From NCBI GenBank assembly GCA_044870765.1, contig JBIOZG010000054.1:1-64000 (forward strand): 64,000 nucleotides of DNA, read 5' to 3'. The stretch is from Nitrososphaeraceae archaeon (GTDB lineage: Archaea > Thermoproteota > Nitrososphaeria > Nitrososphaerales > Nitrososphaeraceae). The translations under genes and the position numbers were made by a program. Below are positions 62,480 through 64,000 of the stretch, one piece after another (the first letter of the stretch is position 1; each line of letters begins with the position of its first letter). The notes beneath the pieces are model-generated. The model did no database searches, had not been told where the DNA came from, and saw only the letters and a list, made by a program, of their open reading frames with translations.

Positions 62480-62581
62480 TTCGATCAAAACTAATTAATT
62501 TATATTTACCAAATCAAGGAATGTTTGAACTAAACGACATTAGATAAGACCATTATGCAAATTGAATTTGAAAATTGCTAG

Positions 62582-63763
62582 TCAGTCCAAATATTCTACC
62601 GCTTTTTTCTCGCCTTGTCTAATTAGTTCCTTTATTGTCTCTACAGAAAAATCAGCGTTTTGTAGGGGGTAAGGACTTTCTGGAATAATTCTAGTAATTC
62701 TTTTTAGTTTCAGAATCTTAGCTCCGTGCTTTTCAACCAGTATATAGTGTTCCTTATTAATGTAGTCGATCTTTTCTTTCTCTATTTTCTTTTGATCAGA
62801 AGCCTGGACTATATCATATAGCTCTTCAATTAAATTTACATGCCTTGTTATAAGTCTAGACATTTTTTCGAGGCTTTCTGTCTTGTCGCTAAACATTATA
62901 TCTTTGGCCCTTGACATAACTTCACTCATATTTGCAGGCAGTTTTTCTATTTTTCTGGGATAGTTTTCCACGACAAAGATGTTTTTATTCTTACTCGGAG
63001 ATGAGACCATTACCTCGCGAATCGGCGTATTGCTTAATAAAGAACCATCCCAAGCAAATTTGCCATCGCTTACTTTCACCCATGGAAATCCATATTGTGG
63101 GTATCCGATAGTGGCAAGAAGGTGTTTCATCTCAATAGTCCTCTTGTAACTATCAAAGATAAGCGGTTCTGCACTAAGAACATCAACTGCAGTAATTATA
63201 AGTCTAGTATTGCCGTTACTATTACTTTCATTAGTATTATTCTGTTGGCTTCTTGGGGAAAGTTTCTTAAAATCGATGTACTTTTCTAAGGTCTTACTTA
63301 AGACAGAATTGTCATAAATATAAGTCCATTTCCATGGAGGTTGATAATATTGTTCTATTTGTGAACTATCTGGATTAGAAATATTAAAGTTAAGCCACCT
63401 TGGTATAAAGAAATCCGGAACCCCATAAAATGCTGCATTTAGTGATGCTGCAGGAGATCTTTTCAGTTTCGTTTGATATTTTTGATAGTCAAAGTCAAAG
63501 GTGAAAATATCAGGGATTATATTGTAACTGCTTTCTGCCAAATCCAACCAAAAATTCTCCAAGTCGACTTCAGGTCTATCATTATTGCTGCCAGCAGCTA
63601 TTGCGCCATTGATACCACCTATTGATGTTCCTGCTATTATGTCAAATTTCTTATTTTTTTTCGCAAATGCTTTAAAAACTCCACACGCAAAAGCTCCTAA
63701 GGAGCCGCCGCCTTGTAGTATCAATACATTTTCTACACCTTTCTCATGCTTGTGATTGGCCAA
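62582..63763 (-). CDS. Patatin-like phospholipase (DUF3734-type C-terminus)
   Basis: LQGGGSLGA, GTSIG, WDGSLLSNTP, ADFS. Confidence 0.9.
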   Translation of the reverse strand: MANHKHEKGVENVLILQGGGSLGAFACGVFKAFAKKNKKFDIIAGTSIGGINGAIAAGSNNDRPEVDLENFWLDLAESSYNIIPDIFTFDFDYQKYQTKLKRSPAASLNAAFYGVPDFFIPRWLNFNISNPDSSQIEQYYQPPWKWTYIYDNSVLSKTLEKYIDFKKLSPRSQQNNTNESNSNGNTRLIITAVDVLSAEPLIFDSYKRTIEMKHLLATIGYPQYGFPWVKVSDGKFAWDGSLLSNTPIREVMVSSPSKNKNIFVVENYPRKIEKLPANMSEVMSRAKDIMFSDKTESLEKMSRLITRHVNLIEELYDIVQASDQKKIEKEKIDYINKEHYILVEKHGAKILKLKRITRIIPESPYPLQNADFSVETIKELIRQGEKKAVEYLD

Positions 63764-64000
63764 TACATCTTATTGTATTACAAATAATCTTAACGTTTCT
63801 TTTTCAAAAATTTCGCAATATGGAAATTGATATACAAATCTCACATGACGATAAAAAAATTCGTTACGCAATAAATAATGTACAGCTATGGTAAATTATG
63901 GTAACTTTACTTTCCGATTATTTTGACCATGAAATGAGATCTATCAACTATTAAAACAATGTTGCCCATGTTGTTATGATGAAAAAAGAACTAATTATCG

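Noticed and set aside
9011-63289. Numerous 60-125-aa antisense ORFs in the track (e.g. 9011, 15617, 17497, 26361, 45725, 55573, 63095)
   Set aside because: They overlap well-supported genes on the opposite strand or another frame and carry no motifs
1-64000. tRNA, rRNA, integrase or transposase
   Set aside because: No cloverleaf or T-loop, rRNA signature, tyrosine-recombinase or DDE motifs recognised

Overview
AT-rich archaeal DNA that most resembles a soil ammonia-oxidising Nitrososphaeraceae (Thaumarchaeota) genome. This is inferred from stand-alone TRAM proteins, thaumarchaeal-type cytoplasmic His kinases, a KaiC-like ATPase, a cupredoxin, an F420 PPOX enzyme and archaeal TATA-type promoters. 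The window is an accessory, patchwork region with no rRNA, tRNA, CRISPR array, integrase or transposase that I can recognise. Recognisable genes: GT4 glycosyltransferase, radical SAM protein with an aberrant Cys motif, HflX, pyroglutamyl peptidase, a KaiC/His-kinase cluster, a GC-rich bacterial-type DUF899 gene, two VOC/PhnB paralogs, Rieske ferredoxin, O-methyltransferase, MBL, DM13, GCS2 ligase, SemiSWEET, USP, DUF1326, DUF2182, GH130, CDGSH, CPA2 antiporter, cyclase-REC, PPK2, MFS, metallophosphoesterase, YjbQ and patatin. The main unexplained signals are four. (1) More than 20 Cys/His-rich micro-proteins in several recurring families, seven of them below the ORF-track cutoff, including a metallothionein-like peptide. 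(2) A candidate promoter-plus-hairpin small-RNA family with stem covariation that lies next to the same micro-protein family at two loci 30 kb apart. (3) A ~42-bp direct repeat that brackets a single gene and marks the zones of foreign or decayed genes, behaving like a cassette or recombination site. (4) Many single-lesion frameshifts or stops, plus a probable CTG start for hflX. All calls come from reading the sequence; no searches were run.
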